A stretch of 64,000 nt of DNA, from the NCBI GenBank assembly GCA_000934665.2, contig KZ538480.1, forward strand, positions 1 to 64,000, given 5' to 3'. The DNA is from Catajapyx aquilonaris (lineage: Eukaryota). The notes under the pieces are model-generated. The model was not told the origin of the DNA. It did no database searches and was given only the letters and a program-made list of their open reading frames with translations. Shown here in pieces: positions 39,046 through 52,733 of the stretch. Position 1 is the stretch's first letter. Every line of letters begins with the position of its first letter. The position numbers were made by a program, and so were the translations under genes.

Positions 39046-40087
39046 TTAACTTATTAAGTAGGCTTACTATTTAGATTATGACTGGAGATCTTTTTGTTGG
39101 TGTTTTCTCCATGGATTTTATGTGATCGCACCAGTGCTGTCCGTCTTGGGGCCCTGACAGGCACGGTATGTCTTACCATGCCAGTAATTTTAATTAGAGC
39201 GCTGGGTGCTTATTGTGGGTTGCGAATACGCCAACAATGCGGTCCACATTGTGTGCAGCAGGCCAACGAACGTTATTGTGACTTTGCCAATTTGCCATGG
39301 TTGCCATTTTTCACTTAAATTCAGTAACCAAACTCTCCTCGCCAGACCCTGAGAGTGGCAGTAGTCATCCCACATGAGGGATATGGTATACGTCTCACCA
39401 ATCGATTCACGATATAGTCTGCAACAAAAACCGGCTGTAAATGGTCATGTCATGGGCCCAAGAAGTAGGTTGCAGATACCTGGAAAAGGATTCTGGAAAT
39501 GGCGGTGGAAATTTCTTTACAACTCGTTTCGAAGGCGTCTTCTAGCTCAGGAAGAAGAAGCGAATAGAAAAAAAAAACCCCAAGTTGGTTTAGAGCAGGT
39601 TGGAACATCTCTGAGGGGGGAAAAGGCCATAACCTGGAGCCATCAGGAGGAACAGCTGGTTCTTTTTGGATGGAGAAAAAAAAATACTAGGACCAGACAT
39701 CCCCAGTGGGAAGAACGCCACCTGACAGCATGGTCCACTACCAGACATATTCTTAGGGGGAGGCGGGGAGGAGGGGATGATGATGACCAATATTTAAAAA
39801 AATGTTGAGTCTGCAAGTGGCCACAGGCCTGCAAAAGACCGGGCTTTTACATTCCTTCCGAGAAATATAACCCGTTCCAGAAGGGTGATTTGTTCGCTCC
39901 AACGAGTTTCGACCTTATTTCCAACTCTTGTCCAGGGAGATAGTAATAATAGAAAATAGAGAGAGGGAATTGTGGAATTTTGGGCACTGAATACGGAAGG
40001 TAAGGCCACAGTTGAATGAAAAGAAATTGGCGAATATTTATGTTTAATAAATTTATAACAATTTATTGGTCAGACTTTATTCAATGT

Positions 40088-40208
40088 ATAGTCGTAGTAG
40101 TAGTAGTCGTAGTATAGCAATAGTCGTAGTTGTAGTGTTACTATACTACTGCTATGACGACGACGACGACGACGAAGACGACGAATACGACGACGACGAC
40201 GACTGCTG

Positions 40209-40277
<69 letters not shown>

Positions 40278-40640
40278 TACGACAGCGACTACTACGACAA
40301 CGACTACTACTATACTATACTACTACTACTGCATATGACGACTACTACTACTACTACTACATACGACGACGACTACTACTACTACTACATACGACGACGA
40401 CTACTGCTACTACAACATACGACTACTACTACTACTACTACTGCGACTACTACTACTACTGCGACTACTACTACTACTGCGACTACTACTACGACTACCA
40501 CTGCCACTACCATTGCGACTACTACAACTATACTACTACGACTACCACTGCGACTACTACTCCTATACTACTACTACGACTACGACTACTACTAAATAGT
40601 CGTAGTCGTAGTAGTAGTAGTAATAATAATAATGATGATA
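40088..40640. repeat. Compound (TAC)n/(GAC)n trinucleotide block
   Basis: Long cta/gac runs with short opposite-orientation (gta) ends. Confidence 0.95.
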
Positions 40641-41699
40641 ATTGATGATAAATTACTGCAAAAATTATTTTAATTGGTAATAATTTTAAAATGAAAATTA
40701 ATGAATGAAATAAGTTTGAGATTTTGGTCCATGAATGAGAAGGTTTAGTGACAGTTGTTTTTAAACGCACATCAGGAAAAAATCGGATGTAAAAATGATT
40801 TATAATTATTATATTATTGCATTTTCGATAAATTTTTATTTCAAATATTTCATGCGTTTCTAATGTTTTATATCAAATTATTGCACCAAAATTAATCTTG
40901 TACGCAATTTGACTTCATTGCATGTGATATTGCTTTGAAAAATTACAGGGAATGTCCTGCTGGTTATACCACCTTTCCAAATAAATTCAAAATGACGTTT
41001 GTGATTACGTATAATCCCACCTTCTTAAACATCTTTCTGACACTTAGAAAATCTTTGATTAGACTAATCAGAGGCTTTAACTTGCTTTTGTTGTGTCAAC
41101 TCCAGTCTGGAAACATGCATCGCTTTATATCCACAAGAATACTCCCCCTTAACAATACAACACATTTGTTCAAAACTGCTTCAAAGCAGAGCTCGTTATC
41201 TAAGGCAATGTACCAACAGTTTTTCTTTTATCATCCCAAAAACGAGAGCAAAAGAGAATTCTCTTTTTTGGAAAATATCTCTCCCAAGAAGCTTATTAGG
41301 GATATGGACAAAAAAAAATCATATTTTTTTTTTCTGCTAATTGCTGCTTCCTAATGGGCATTCTAGCTTCCAATAAAAAGCATTGTTTGACGCATATCCT
41401 TGCATAATTAGGGCCAAACTTTGTAAATACAGGGTTGGCCAAAAAATACTGGTTGTCAACAAACCATATTTTGACTATCATTAATTACACCAACACCAAC
41501 AACAAATAGCAGGCTAGTTTCAAGTAATTGTGTATTTATTGTTTACTTATTTATTTTATTTACGCTATATTTAAATTTATACTTATATTAATTATTAATC
41601 CATTAAACATGAAATAATATGTAAAATAACTATACATCAGTAAACATAACATCATCATTAATCATGATGATAAATAATAGTTTGTTATTAATAATAATT

Positions 41700-41793
41700 T
41701 ACTACTACCACCACCACCACCACTACTACGACTACGACTACTACTACTACTACGAATACGACTACTACGACAGTAGTCGTCGTCATTGTAGTT

Positions 41794-41834
<41 letters not shown>

Positions 41835-41898
41835 TGTTGTACAAGTAATAGTCATAGCAGTCGTTGTCGTAGTAGTAGTCGTCGTCGTCGTCGTCGTC

Positions 41899-41938
<40 letters not shown>

Positions 41939-42112
41939 CAGCAGCAGCAGTACTAGTACTACTACTTCTACAACAGTGACGACGACGACGACGACGACCT
42001 ACTACTACTTCTACTTCTACTACTACTACTACTTCTACTACTAGTACTTGTACTGCTACTACTGCTGCTACTACTACTAGTACTCGTACTGCTACTACTG
42101 CTGCTGCTGCTG

Positions 42113-42152
<40 letters not shown>

Positions 42153-42243
42153 GACAACGACTGCTATGACTGTTACTTGTACAACTACAAGTATTACTAC
42201 TGCTACGACTACTACTACTGCTGCTGCTACGACTACGACTACG

Positions 42244-42296
<53 letters not shown>

Positions 42297-42312
42297 TACT
42301 TCTACTACTACA
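41700..42312. repeat. Compound (TAC)n/(GTA)n block with strand flips
   Basis: tac runs, then gta runs (~41772-41952), then tac runs; ~41835-41875 has an inverted copy at ~42147-42190. Confidence 0.95.
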
Positions 42313-43639
42313 CATCAAAGAAGCATGATGTACTTATATAACATTCGTAACTCCAAACCTGCCATTGTTATCACCTTGACATGACAACATGATCACCCAA
42401 CATGTCGCAATATTTTTTCTGAAACGTAACCCTAACTTATAACAAGTACCTGCGACATGTCAAAAGAAAGAGGACCATTAAATCCATCCTTTTCATCTAC
42501 CTTTTGAACCGAAGGTGTTTCTTGAAAGTTGTACATGGAAAATGTGATCGATGTATGTTTGCCTCCTGCTGACTTCTCTCCATTTCCTAGAGTGGCACAA
42601 TAAAGAAAGAGATTGCAGGAGCTTGAATTCTCTATGCCACACTACCCAGATTCAGTGGGGAGGATAGGGGATGGAGGAGGAGGAAGAGAGAGAGAGAGAG
42701 AGAGAGATTCATTTCACGCGTGGAGCGACAGCCTTTCCTCGCTCCAGATTGACGAACACGTTTGGAACAAAAGTCTGCTCTGTCGACTACGATTTGTACA
42801 GTATATTGTTGCATATATCTTCTCGAATGTTACACTGCTACAGACAAATATGCTTCCATTCTATAGTTGAAATTATGTGACGCACATATTGTGCTTTAAC
42901 CATCAGTGTGATTGGTTGACATCAATGGCATGTGAATCTGAAGTAAATGCATTTTATCGTAAAACCAGTGTCAATCTGCTAACAATGTTGATGAATTCCC
43001 TGGATGCAAACCATGGTATTTTTTAGGTCGGTTGATAGTAGGCATTAAAACCCGTTCCCACAGCCAGTTGACATTAGTGCAAAAACTTGTCATCAGGCAT
43101 TTTCCATAAATGTTTCAAGCTCTGCTCATTTGCTGTTTGCAAAATACGGAGAAAGGCAGAGAGCTAAAGTCTAAAATAAACTATTAATGGCCAATCTCAG
43201 TTGTAAAATTTGCATGATAAAAAATTTGTTGCAACTGTAAAATCTACCTACTTAACTGTTATTAACTGATGCAGTGTTGCGTAATATAACTTTCGAAAAA
43301 GTTTCGCAAAATCTAACGAATATCCGTCCAACTTTTTTCGCGAAATTAGTATGTGTCACACAGTATTGCCTTATTGAAAGGCTGTCAGATTCGCATTGTC
43401 ATTTTTTAGCGGAATTAATATTCGACATGTGCGAATCACATTCGCCCAATTTTTTGCTGGACTATTCAGCAATGTAACGTGATCTGACTCATTTTAGGAA
43501 GGATCCATTACATGCTCAATTGTTGTCAATTATTGTCCGGCTCCTTATAAAGGCTGCATAATTTAGCCTTTTTGGTAATGCACATCATGAGCCTCGATTC
43601 AGCGGCCTTTTTGCGACAAGTCATCCAGAAATTGCCCCG

Positions 43640-44400
43640 CACATTATAAAATTAGCAGCTACTTGAAAATAGCTGATGATTTTATAACTTGAAAATAACT
43701 GCTAATTGTATAACTTAAAATATCTGCTAATTGTATAACTTAAAATAGCTGCTAATTGTATAACTTAAAATAGCTGATAATTTTATCTTGAATGTAGCCG
43801 ATAATTTTAACTTGAAAATAATTGCTAATTTTATAGTGAAAATAGCTACTAATTTTACAGTGAAAATCTATATAAATAAAGCAGTTTGCGATCTGTCTGT
43901 CTGTCCGCCTGGAACGCCAACCGTCATTTGCCTGCCATCTGTGGTCTACTTCCTACACCTCCAACCTCTCCCATCCTTCCGACCCCGCTTTGCTCTAATT
44001 AAGATTCTTAATTACATGAATTTTTTGCCTGTCCTTTTCAGCTTAAAGGTTTCCATTCCTTTCTTCCCGAGCAACGCCGGGTATCGCTGCTAGTGGCTAC
44101 TAATTTTACAGTGAAAATAACTGCTACTTTTGTAACTTGGATGTAGCTGAGAATTTTCACTTGAAAATAATGGCTAATTTATAGTGAAAATAGCTGTTAA
44201 TTTTAGAACCTAACATAGCTGCTACTTTATAAATTTAAAATATTTGTTGAAATTAATTATTGAAATTTGAAATAATTGAAACTGCTTGAATATAATGTAG
44301 ATGATAATTTCATAACTTGAAATTGAAATTAAAATACCTTGAATATAGATGATAATTTCATAACTTCCAAATAGCTGCGATTGCAAATGGCTAGTTATAT
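43640..44400. repeat. Degenerate ~27-bp minisatellite (AAAATAGCTGCTAATTTTATAACTTG-like) hosting a Helitron
   Basis: Tandem variants on both sides of 43867-44093. Confidence 0.85.
43867..44093 (+). mobile_element. Complete non-autonomous mini-Helitron (227 bp)
   Basis: A|TC 5' end (tctatataaataaa), subterminal hairpin CCCGAGCAACGCCGGG (44066-44081), CTAG|T 3' end, no TSD; removal restores host unit gtgaaaa|tggctactaatttt. Confidence 0.9.
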
Positions 44401-45590
44401 ATTTTATGAACAGGTTATGAAAAATGGCTTCTCCAAAATTTTGCGGAATAAGAGCCTCACAATAATGAGTCCCCCTTATTGTCCTCATTGTCACGCCCCC
44501 GTCATCCGATATTGAGACTTGTAAATAATCCCTGAGAACAATGCGTCACCTCCTGATGGATCCCTCCTGCGTGCTGGGGGGAGGGGGGGGTGTGTTATCG
44601 TTTAATAACAACAATAATAAAATTAATAATGCTTCGGCAGCATGGACACGTTTGCTTGATGCTATACCGGGCTGCTTTTAATGATTTCAAACGGCAACAA
44701 TGGTTCGTTTTCATTGACACCCGGTGGGGGAAAGGGAGGGGATTCAGCGGAATTAATCCGGCTTTGGGCTTTGCCTTACAAATTATTATGGCGGTGCTGG
44801 TGCTGTGTTATTAACTCGACACGACCTAGGGCTCAAGTGTCTCCAACAATGCAGCTGAGGTATTTAACAATTCAGTACTTAACAATGGTTGTGAAGTTTC
44901 TCTCTAAATTCGTCATACCCCGCGCTGGACTCCATTTGTAACACCCATTTTTCAAGAAAAAAATTTCCAGAAATATTTAGGCAGTTTTTATCTCCAAAAT
45001 GGGTCGACCCACGCTGGGCGCCATTTTTCCAAAAAAAAACTTTTTTGACATTTCTGTTTGCCAAAACAAACAATCTGGCCCACCCACAAAATTCATTGTT
45101 GCCCCATAACCATTACAAAGCAACGACTCCCTCTATACGGGTATGCCATTAGGCAAAAATGACTTCCGGTAATTACGGGGGGTGGGGTGTCCCGGGCCTG
45201 TAATTATAGTAACGTACGTAACGGGGTATATTGAGTGTGAATTACATCCAGCCTAGGAGCCGTAAAATATAATTACTTAAAATGGCATTTAATTGGTCCG
45301 GAGAGTAATAATTTGTTTATGGCTCGCATTACCGCTCCTGATAAGCACCTGTCCATATGCATAATCGAATCATGCCCTTGTCATCATTTTACCTGACGCG
45401 GTAATTAAGCGTGGGGAGGAGAGGCTATTCCACGATGTGTGATTGGTCAGGAATCATTATTTAATGCGAAATCTGCACGCAATTTTTTTGACATGACTAT
45501 GTGGAGCAATTGAAAGGAAAAGTACACAAGCACACTGGACATGTGAGATATTCAATTGTTGGTTCAGCTAAAGAACTGACGTGAAAATAA

Positions 45591-45947
45591 TCTATATAAA
45601 TAAAAGGCAAAGTTTGTTTGTTGGTTCGTTTTTTTGTTCGTTCATAAGTTCGCTCGTTCGTTCATTAAGTTGTTTCTTTGTCAATTTCATACCCATTTCG
45701 TGTCGATTTTATACCTGTACGAAGAAGGGGTTTCTTGCTAGTCTACATAAGTTATTCATAAATGTGTGTTGATTTATTTGTTCGCTCGCTCGCTCGCTCG
45801 CTCGCTCGCTCGCTCGCTCGTTTCTTTGGTTCGTTGTCCATTTCATACCCATTTCGTGCCGATTTTATACCTGTACGAAGAAGGGGTTTCTTGATAGTCT
45901 ACATAAGTTATTTATTAATTGTGTGCTGGTTTATTCGTTCGTTCGCT

Positions 45948-45978
<31 letters not shown>

Positions 45979-46440
45979 TCGTTCGTTCGTTCGTTCGTTC
46001 GTTCGTTCGTTCGTTCGCCCGTTCGCTCGCTCGCTCGTTTCTTTGGTTCGTTATTTATAAGTTATTTATACAATAATGGGTGTTGGTTTATTCGTTCGAT
46101 CGTTCCTTCGTTCGTTCGTTCGCTCGCTCGCTCGTTCGCTCGTTCGCTCGTTTCTTTGGTTCGTTATTTATAAGTTATTTATACAATAATGGGTGTTGGT
46201 TTATTCGTTCGATCGTTCCTTCGTTCGCTCGCTCGTTCGTTCGCTCGTTCGCTCGTTTGTTCGCTCGTTCGCTCGTTTGTTCGGTCGCTTGTTCGTTCGC
46301 TCGCTCGTTCGTTCGCTAGTTTCTTTTGGTTCTTTGGTCATTTCGTACCCATTTCGTACCAATTTCATGCCTGTGCGAAGAACAGGTTCCTTCCTAGTAT
46401 GCCTATAAAAGTGTGTTTGTTTGTTTGGTTCGTTGGTTCT
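45591..46440 (+). mobile_element. Head-to-tail array of mini-Helitrons carrying (TTCG/CTCG)n microsatellites
   Basis: Units 45591-45741, 45742-45897, 45898-46397 and a partial fourth; the first three start TC and end (C/A)TAG after a cctgt(a/g)cgaaga.. hairpin-like motif; junctions read CTAG|TC and ATAG|TC. Confidence 0.75.
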
Positions 46441-46799
46441 TTGTTACTATGTTCCACATTAATTCAACACAAATTTGCTCCCCCTTGGACTGAGATGTTC
46501 CTCAACATGTGACATGTAAAGTCAGAGCATGCTAGTGTTCCCACAGGATTAGCGTGAAGATGATTGTCGCCTGGTGGCGTCTTTCCCATACACACACCAA
46601 AATGAACACCTCTCATTCCCTGGCATTCCGTTGCCTTTAATTATGCATTGAAATGCACCTTATTCCGGAGGCTCTATATTGACTCTATGCGGGGACAACA
46701 GGCATAGCTCATGATCTATGCACACTGCTATGATACAACAAATTCTTGAAAACCATAGGTTTTTGATGAAGCCATGGTTTTGGGCCGAAATTTTGAAGA

Positions 46800-47705
46800 A
46801 TTTGGTCCCATTTAAAACTTAAGCGCGATTGTGAGTAACGGTTATTAATAGCAGCTAACTGTTACTTGCTATCCAGCTATTTGTGCTCCATGTGTTCATG
46901 GGTTTTTTTGCCTGATTTTGATCACTGTTATGGCTTATCTAAAGCGCGTCCCAAATTATAGTTACCTAAAGTAACTAATCAGAATAACAGCTACTATTTA
47001 GTCCCCTATTTGCGATACATTGTCCAACGAAATTCTGAACCAAAATTTTTGACAAAATTTGGTCACATTTATAACTTAAAGAGCGATCAGTAGTAACAGG
47101 TATTAATAGCAAATAACTTCTACTCGATATTCCGATATTTTGGGTCCATTTTGTGTCCAGCACAATTTTCAATAGTCTTTGCCAAATTTTGGGCACAATT
47201 ACAAGTTATCTGAAGTGCGATCGCAAATAGCATTCACTTGCACGAGCTAATCAGAGTAACGGCTACTCTTTAATCTGCTATTTATGGTAACTTACATGGC
47301 AACATTATTTTTGGCAAATTTTGGTCACATTGTTAATGACGGTTATTAATATCAGGTAACTGCTAATCATTAATCCGCTATTTGTGCTTCATTTTGTGTC
47401 CAGCAAAATTTTGAATCGTTTTTTGCTAACTTTTGGTCATAGTTATAACTTATCTGAAACACGATGGCAAATAGCAGTTATTTGAATCAGCTAATCATAA
47501 TACCTAATCATAGTAAGCTACGATTTGGTCCTCTATTTGTGCGACATTGTCACAGTTCGGCAATTTTAGTCACAGTCCAAACTTTGAAGCGATTGTGAAT
47601 AACGGTTACTAATATCACCAAACTGCTACTCGCTATTCCGCTATTTGCACTCCATTTTGTGTCCAGCACAATTTTGAATATATTTGTGGCAAATTTTGGT
47701 CACAG
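46800..47705. repeat. Diverged ~250-260-bp tandem repeat, ~3.5 copies
   Basis: aacggttattaata...ctatttgtgctccattttgtgtccagcacaatttt recurs near 46890, 47150, 47395 and 47660. Confidence 0.8.
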
Positions 47706-48589
47706 AGGACAAGTTCGAGTTTTTTTTCTCCAAAATGGCAACAGTGTCGCCATGTTCGACAAACCTCACTGTAACAATCCAGGTGACTTGAACTGCAGTC
47801 TCTCTCGGAATAAAAATTGCTAGTTAGCATTCCAGGAGGTAGAGACTAGAGGAGGGGGAGGGGTTGGATTTGGTTGGCCTGGGGGGGTTAGTTAGCCTGT
47901 GATTACCCATTACTCGGGGGTCATCCAGGCGTCCTTTGCAGCCAGAAAATAATGCACTTTGCGCCCACAATTGCTACCGGGAAGCGACCCCTGGAATTGG
48001 TTGTTTTCAAGCTGCGAGTTGATAAAATCTGAGCATGTAGTACAGTAGTGTAGTTGCCGAGAGGAAATTTTCTATTTGGGCAGTGGCCAATAAAAGCCTT
48101 CATCAAGGGAGGGGTAGTTCGGGGGGGATAAGCGGGTGGATACAAAATGGCGGCTCCCTTCCTGTACTGTTACAAGTTGTATGTGTAGTAATAAACCTTA
48201 GAAGTTGCAGACTATCCGATATGCAGTTTCAGGTATGCGTAACCCAAGTGGTTAAATACCTAGGAGGGCAAAGTATGCGTGGCAGTCTTGAAAATTACAT
48301 ATCATTTCGTATAGAGGAAGGGGGGGTGTTCCACACAACCAATGTTTCGCTGCCTACGTTCTCGGAATTCCCTCCAATTATTACAATGCCTTTACGCTCC
48401 AGGGTGCACAGAGCTAGGTAAATATAACCTCCTTTTCTATGAGACTGGCATATCGGTCTCTCATCATAGAATGTAATCAAAATAGAGCCAGAAGTAATCC
48501 GCTATTAGTAAGAGACATACATGAAAGTTTACAACAAAATAGCAGTTATTTTGGACAAGTTGGCTAAATTATATTATTAGCTGTTATTA

Positions 48590-48860
48590 TATATTTTGTT
48601 ATCAAAATAATTATTGCATATTTTGCTATCAAAATAATTATTGCATATTTTGTTATCAAAATAATTATTGCATATTTTGTTATCAAAATAATTATTGCAT
48701 ATTTTGTTATTGTAATAGTTATTACACAGTGTATTTTGTGGTTATAATAGTTATTACACAGTGTATTTTGTGGTTATAATAGTTATTACACAGTGTATTT
48801 TGTGGTTATAATAGTTATTATATAGTATATTTGTGGTTATAATAGTTACTATAGGTGTTG
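48590..48860. repeat. 27-bp and 32-bp AT-rich minisatellites
   Basis: attttgttatcaaaataattattgcat units then gttattacacagtgtattttgtggttataata units. Confidence 0.9.
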
Positions 48861-49234
48861 TAATAGCTACTAATACCAAATGCTACGAATTCGTTTTGTA
48901 TCACGTTGTCATAAAAATTATTTCAAGAATTTTTGAAGGTTCCAGTAGGTTTCCCCGGGTTCTTCCTCAAATAGCTACTAGTATGAAACAACTAATATAA
49001 CAAAAATGATGTTTAGCTATTATACCACCTGTAATACAGTAACTCTATTACATTAGAGGTGGTATAATAATTATTATGACTAAGTTATATCCTTGTTGCA
49101 TTAGTTTTATATTTGTAGCTTTTGGTATTAGTAGCTAGTATAACTATAACTATTACTACTGCATTATACGTGGTATAATACTGTAGTTAAATATCATCTT
49201 TGTTATATATGTTGTTGTATAATAATATAGCAGC

Positions 49235-49512
49235 ACCAAAGCAGGTTGGTGTGGGGGTCAAGGAGTCCTCCGGCTAATCGTCGGAAGGTCCTGGGTTCGA
49301 TTCCCGGGACCGGCGACCCTGAGCGTGGTTTTCTGTGGTTTTCCACTGTTCCCCCAGAATAATTCCGGGGTTGCTTCCGTATAATAGGCCACAGCCGCTT
49401 CCTTCCTTCACTATCCTTGGCCCCATCCACATGCGAAAGTTTCAGAAATAATTTGAGTGATAAAATGGTGGTATCCCACCCCCCTATTGGGTAAAATAAA
49501 TAAATACTGATA

Positions 49513-49583
<71 letters not shown>
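49235..49583 (+). mobile_element. tRNA-derived SINE with probable (TAA)n tail
   Basis: B box GGTTCGATTCC (49294-49304); body ggttttctgtggttttcc...ggccacagccgcttccttcc; homologous copy at 17637-17813 supports 49235-49416; extension to the (taa)n run is inferred. Confidence 0.8.
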
Positions 49584-49585
<2 letters not shown>

Positions 49586-50319
49586 TAGTAGCTATTAGAT
49601 GGAGAACACGAGATAACCCACTGCAACATGCGGAAATTTTTTGAACTAATATTTATGGTAACCTGGTACAAAATGACAGCCATTTTGCCCTAAACTGATA
49701 TGGCCACCGCAATTTCCTTTAACTTTACCTGGCGGCGCGCGGCGCCACTTTCCAACGAGGCTTAGCCGATATACACTTTCAGTGGGTTACATGTCACCGG
49801 CAAAATTATAACAGCTGTGTCATTGCGTGCTTCCAGATAAACCAGTCAATGTGTCTAGAGCCCCACCTTTTGGAACTTGTTTTTTCTCTCGTTCCATCGT
49901 GATGGGAGCCAATAGAAATGTAGGTAACGACCCCATGTCACGATACGTGACAGGTTTTTTCCTCCGATAAGTGACAGTTGTCGGATCAATTTATTGCATT
50001 TTTGGACCCCCCTCTCCTTACAGATACGGTGGGGTTGTCATTAATATTTAGTAAAAAAATTCAGGGGGATACGTATCGCCAGTGAATTATTGAAATCAGA
50101 CAGGTGCGAGAGTAAGGGGAGAATAGGCATGGAAATTGTGGAGAGATAAGGTGTTTTCCGACACTATTCCGGAAGAAATGTATCGCTTATAAACACGGAA
50201 GAGTCTATAGTGTGACAGATAATGTGGCTATGTTTATGACATCTGTTGGGCAGGGTTGGACGGAACTGGAGATAAGTATGTTAGGGGTTGTGAAGAGTGT
50301 AGCAGTTCATTTCAAATAA

Positions 50320-50970
50320 TATATATTTAAATTAAAAATAACTCTTAAATAATTTAAAGGAAAATGCTGACGGGATTCAGAACAAAAATTAATATGAAAA
50401 TTAAATTTTAAAATTTAAATTAAATTTTGAAAATAAGTTACAGCCAAATATCAGACATACTTATAATTATAATTAAATTAAAATAACATGAAAAATTTAA
50501 GAACTAAAATTGATAAATGAATCATTTTAAATTAATATCAAAATGAATATTTTAAATTAATATCAAAATGAATAATTTTAAATTAATATCAAAATGAATA
50601 ATTTTAAATTAATATCAAAAGGAATAATTTTTAATTAGCTACAAAATTCAAATTCAATTAAATAAACGAAATTATAGAGTTTGAAATTAAATCTATGGAA
50701 TAAAATTTAATAATTAAAAATGAAATTAATAATTAAAAATGAAATGTTCGATGTCCAATTTCAGAATTTAAAATAATTATATAAGTTAAATGAATTAAAA
50801 TTTCAGAATTTAAAATTAATTAGTAGGCCTATAATATTTGAAAATTAAAAATAATTTAAAATTAAAATGTAATAAAATTACTGTATACACACAAAATAAT
50901 ATTATAATTGAAATTTTAAAATTGATATTAAAATAACCATTTAAAAATAATTATTGAAATCTTAAAAATA
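50320..50970. repeat. Very AT-rich island with a ~27-bp tandem core
   Basis: ttttaaattaatatcaaaatgaataat repeated ~4 times at ~50525-50635. Confidence 0.85.
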
Positions 50971-52121
50971 AAATGGACATTTGTAAACTGGGACCTTTAA
51001 AATTTTTGCTAGATATCTCCACATATACAGTATTCATAAGTGGCCAACACTTGATCACACTTAGAAGCAGCCATCACTTACAATCACAATTGAAATAATT
51101 CAAATCCCCCCCTCCCCAATTTGATCCCCCTTTTCCATCAATATTACTCCCCTTCCTCCCCCAACAATCGCTCCATTTAATCGCAACAAACGACTCCAGA
51201 TCGTTCAGTCAACTCGAATCCTCCCCCTCAAACTCTGCGAAAATATCTCTGAATATGGCTTCCTTCCTCTTCTGATGGCCTCATTTCCGCCAAAAAATAG
51301 GAGGGAAAAAACTATTAGTATATAGGGAGCAAGGGACGATTGAGGGGGAAGGAGAAGAGGGCATGATTTTTTTCATATTTTGCCCCCAAAAAATCTTTCA
51401 TCCATTTTGAAGAGCTAATCGTAAAGCCAATATGAGCCTTCCAGTATATTCATTATAGCAAAAGTCAAGAGGTTTTAGCAGCCACTCAAAGTTTCAAGCA
51501 CCGGATTGTTAATAGGCCTACCACACATATTTTTTGCGCGCATTTTTTTTTTACTGAAAAGTTCCAGGCGGAAACAGAAGCTCCGCCTACCTTGCTATAA
51601 TTGGCCGTAATTACGGATGTGATTGATTGCGTTTGGTCTGCATGAAAGGGCCGGATTCTACGGATCCGCGATCTGCATGTAGTTACAGGTAATTGCATCC
51701 TAGTTGTAGTTGATGACAGCGTTGGGTAACAAATTTGGATTGCAAAATTTTTTTGTAAGCTGGAACAGGAAATAGCAGTGATTTTTTTAAAGTTTGTTTT
51801 TGGAGCGGCTAATTTTGGGGGATGGTCTTAAAAGTTTAATAATTCGGGTAAGGTTCAAGGTGGGTGGGAAAGTTAACACGGAATGGTGACGTCAGTAGAC
51901 TGCGTTTCAAGGTCATGGACATGGATGATATTAGTCGATAGCATCGATCCCAAAACGTTCTGGAATCGGCTCTATTAAATTTTTCATTTAAGTCAACGCC
52001 TCAATATTTTTATCGTATAATATTAGTCATTATTTACAAACCATACCTAATATTAGTAATTATTTACAAAACATTATTTGTAATCAAGGAGGGCTGTATG
52101 AAAATAATTATGGCAAGGGAA

Positions 52122-52122
<1 letters not shown>

Positions 52123-52202
<80 letters not shown>
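52123..52202. repeat. (TTA)n microsatellite
   Basis: Pure run. Confidence 0.98.
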
Positions 52203-52733
52203 GAACCCCGCTGAAAATGACGGACGACGACGTTTTTCGCCATTTTGCAGTGATTGCACCAGGTGTTGGCGAAAGATGAGGGCTAAGCGAATCATCTTTC
52301 CTTACCCTTTTCCTGCCATCCTATGAAGCATTCCCCATCCTGATCTATCCCAATAAGGCCCATCGAAGCGAACAATCTTTTCTTATTGATTACTTACTCC
52401 ATCCTCTTCCCTTTTCCTTTTCATCCGGCCTTCCCTTGTTCCATCTGAACAACGCATCATGGGGACGAACCTTTAAAGGAGTTCCTGGATCCTTCCCCCC
52501 GTTTCCATAAGCCATTGCCGTTGGTTTCCATTCCACTTTGTCCACCGGATCCTTCCCGATCGTCGAGTCATTTGTGATCGAATGGGGAGGACCCCATAAG
52601 GAGCGAGGACTCTTCCACCTATCCATTATCAGCTTACTGCCAGCCTTTCGGATAGATAAAACCGGGCCTTTTCTTATCCGCATTCGCACAGGCGAGGTCT
52701 ACAAGGTGCGTCGAAAAGGGTCTGAGCAACATA

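Noticed and set aside
46763..46792. Penelope-type hammerhead-like TTGATGAAGCC...GGCCGAAA
   Set aside because: Core C is missing and no stem I or III partners are visible.
48143..48240. CAAAATGGCGGC start context followed by a CAG|GTATG donor-like site
   Set aside because: The frame stops after 13 codons and there are no supporting downstream exons.
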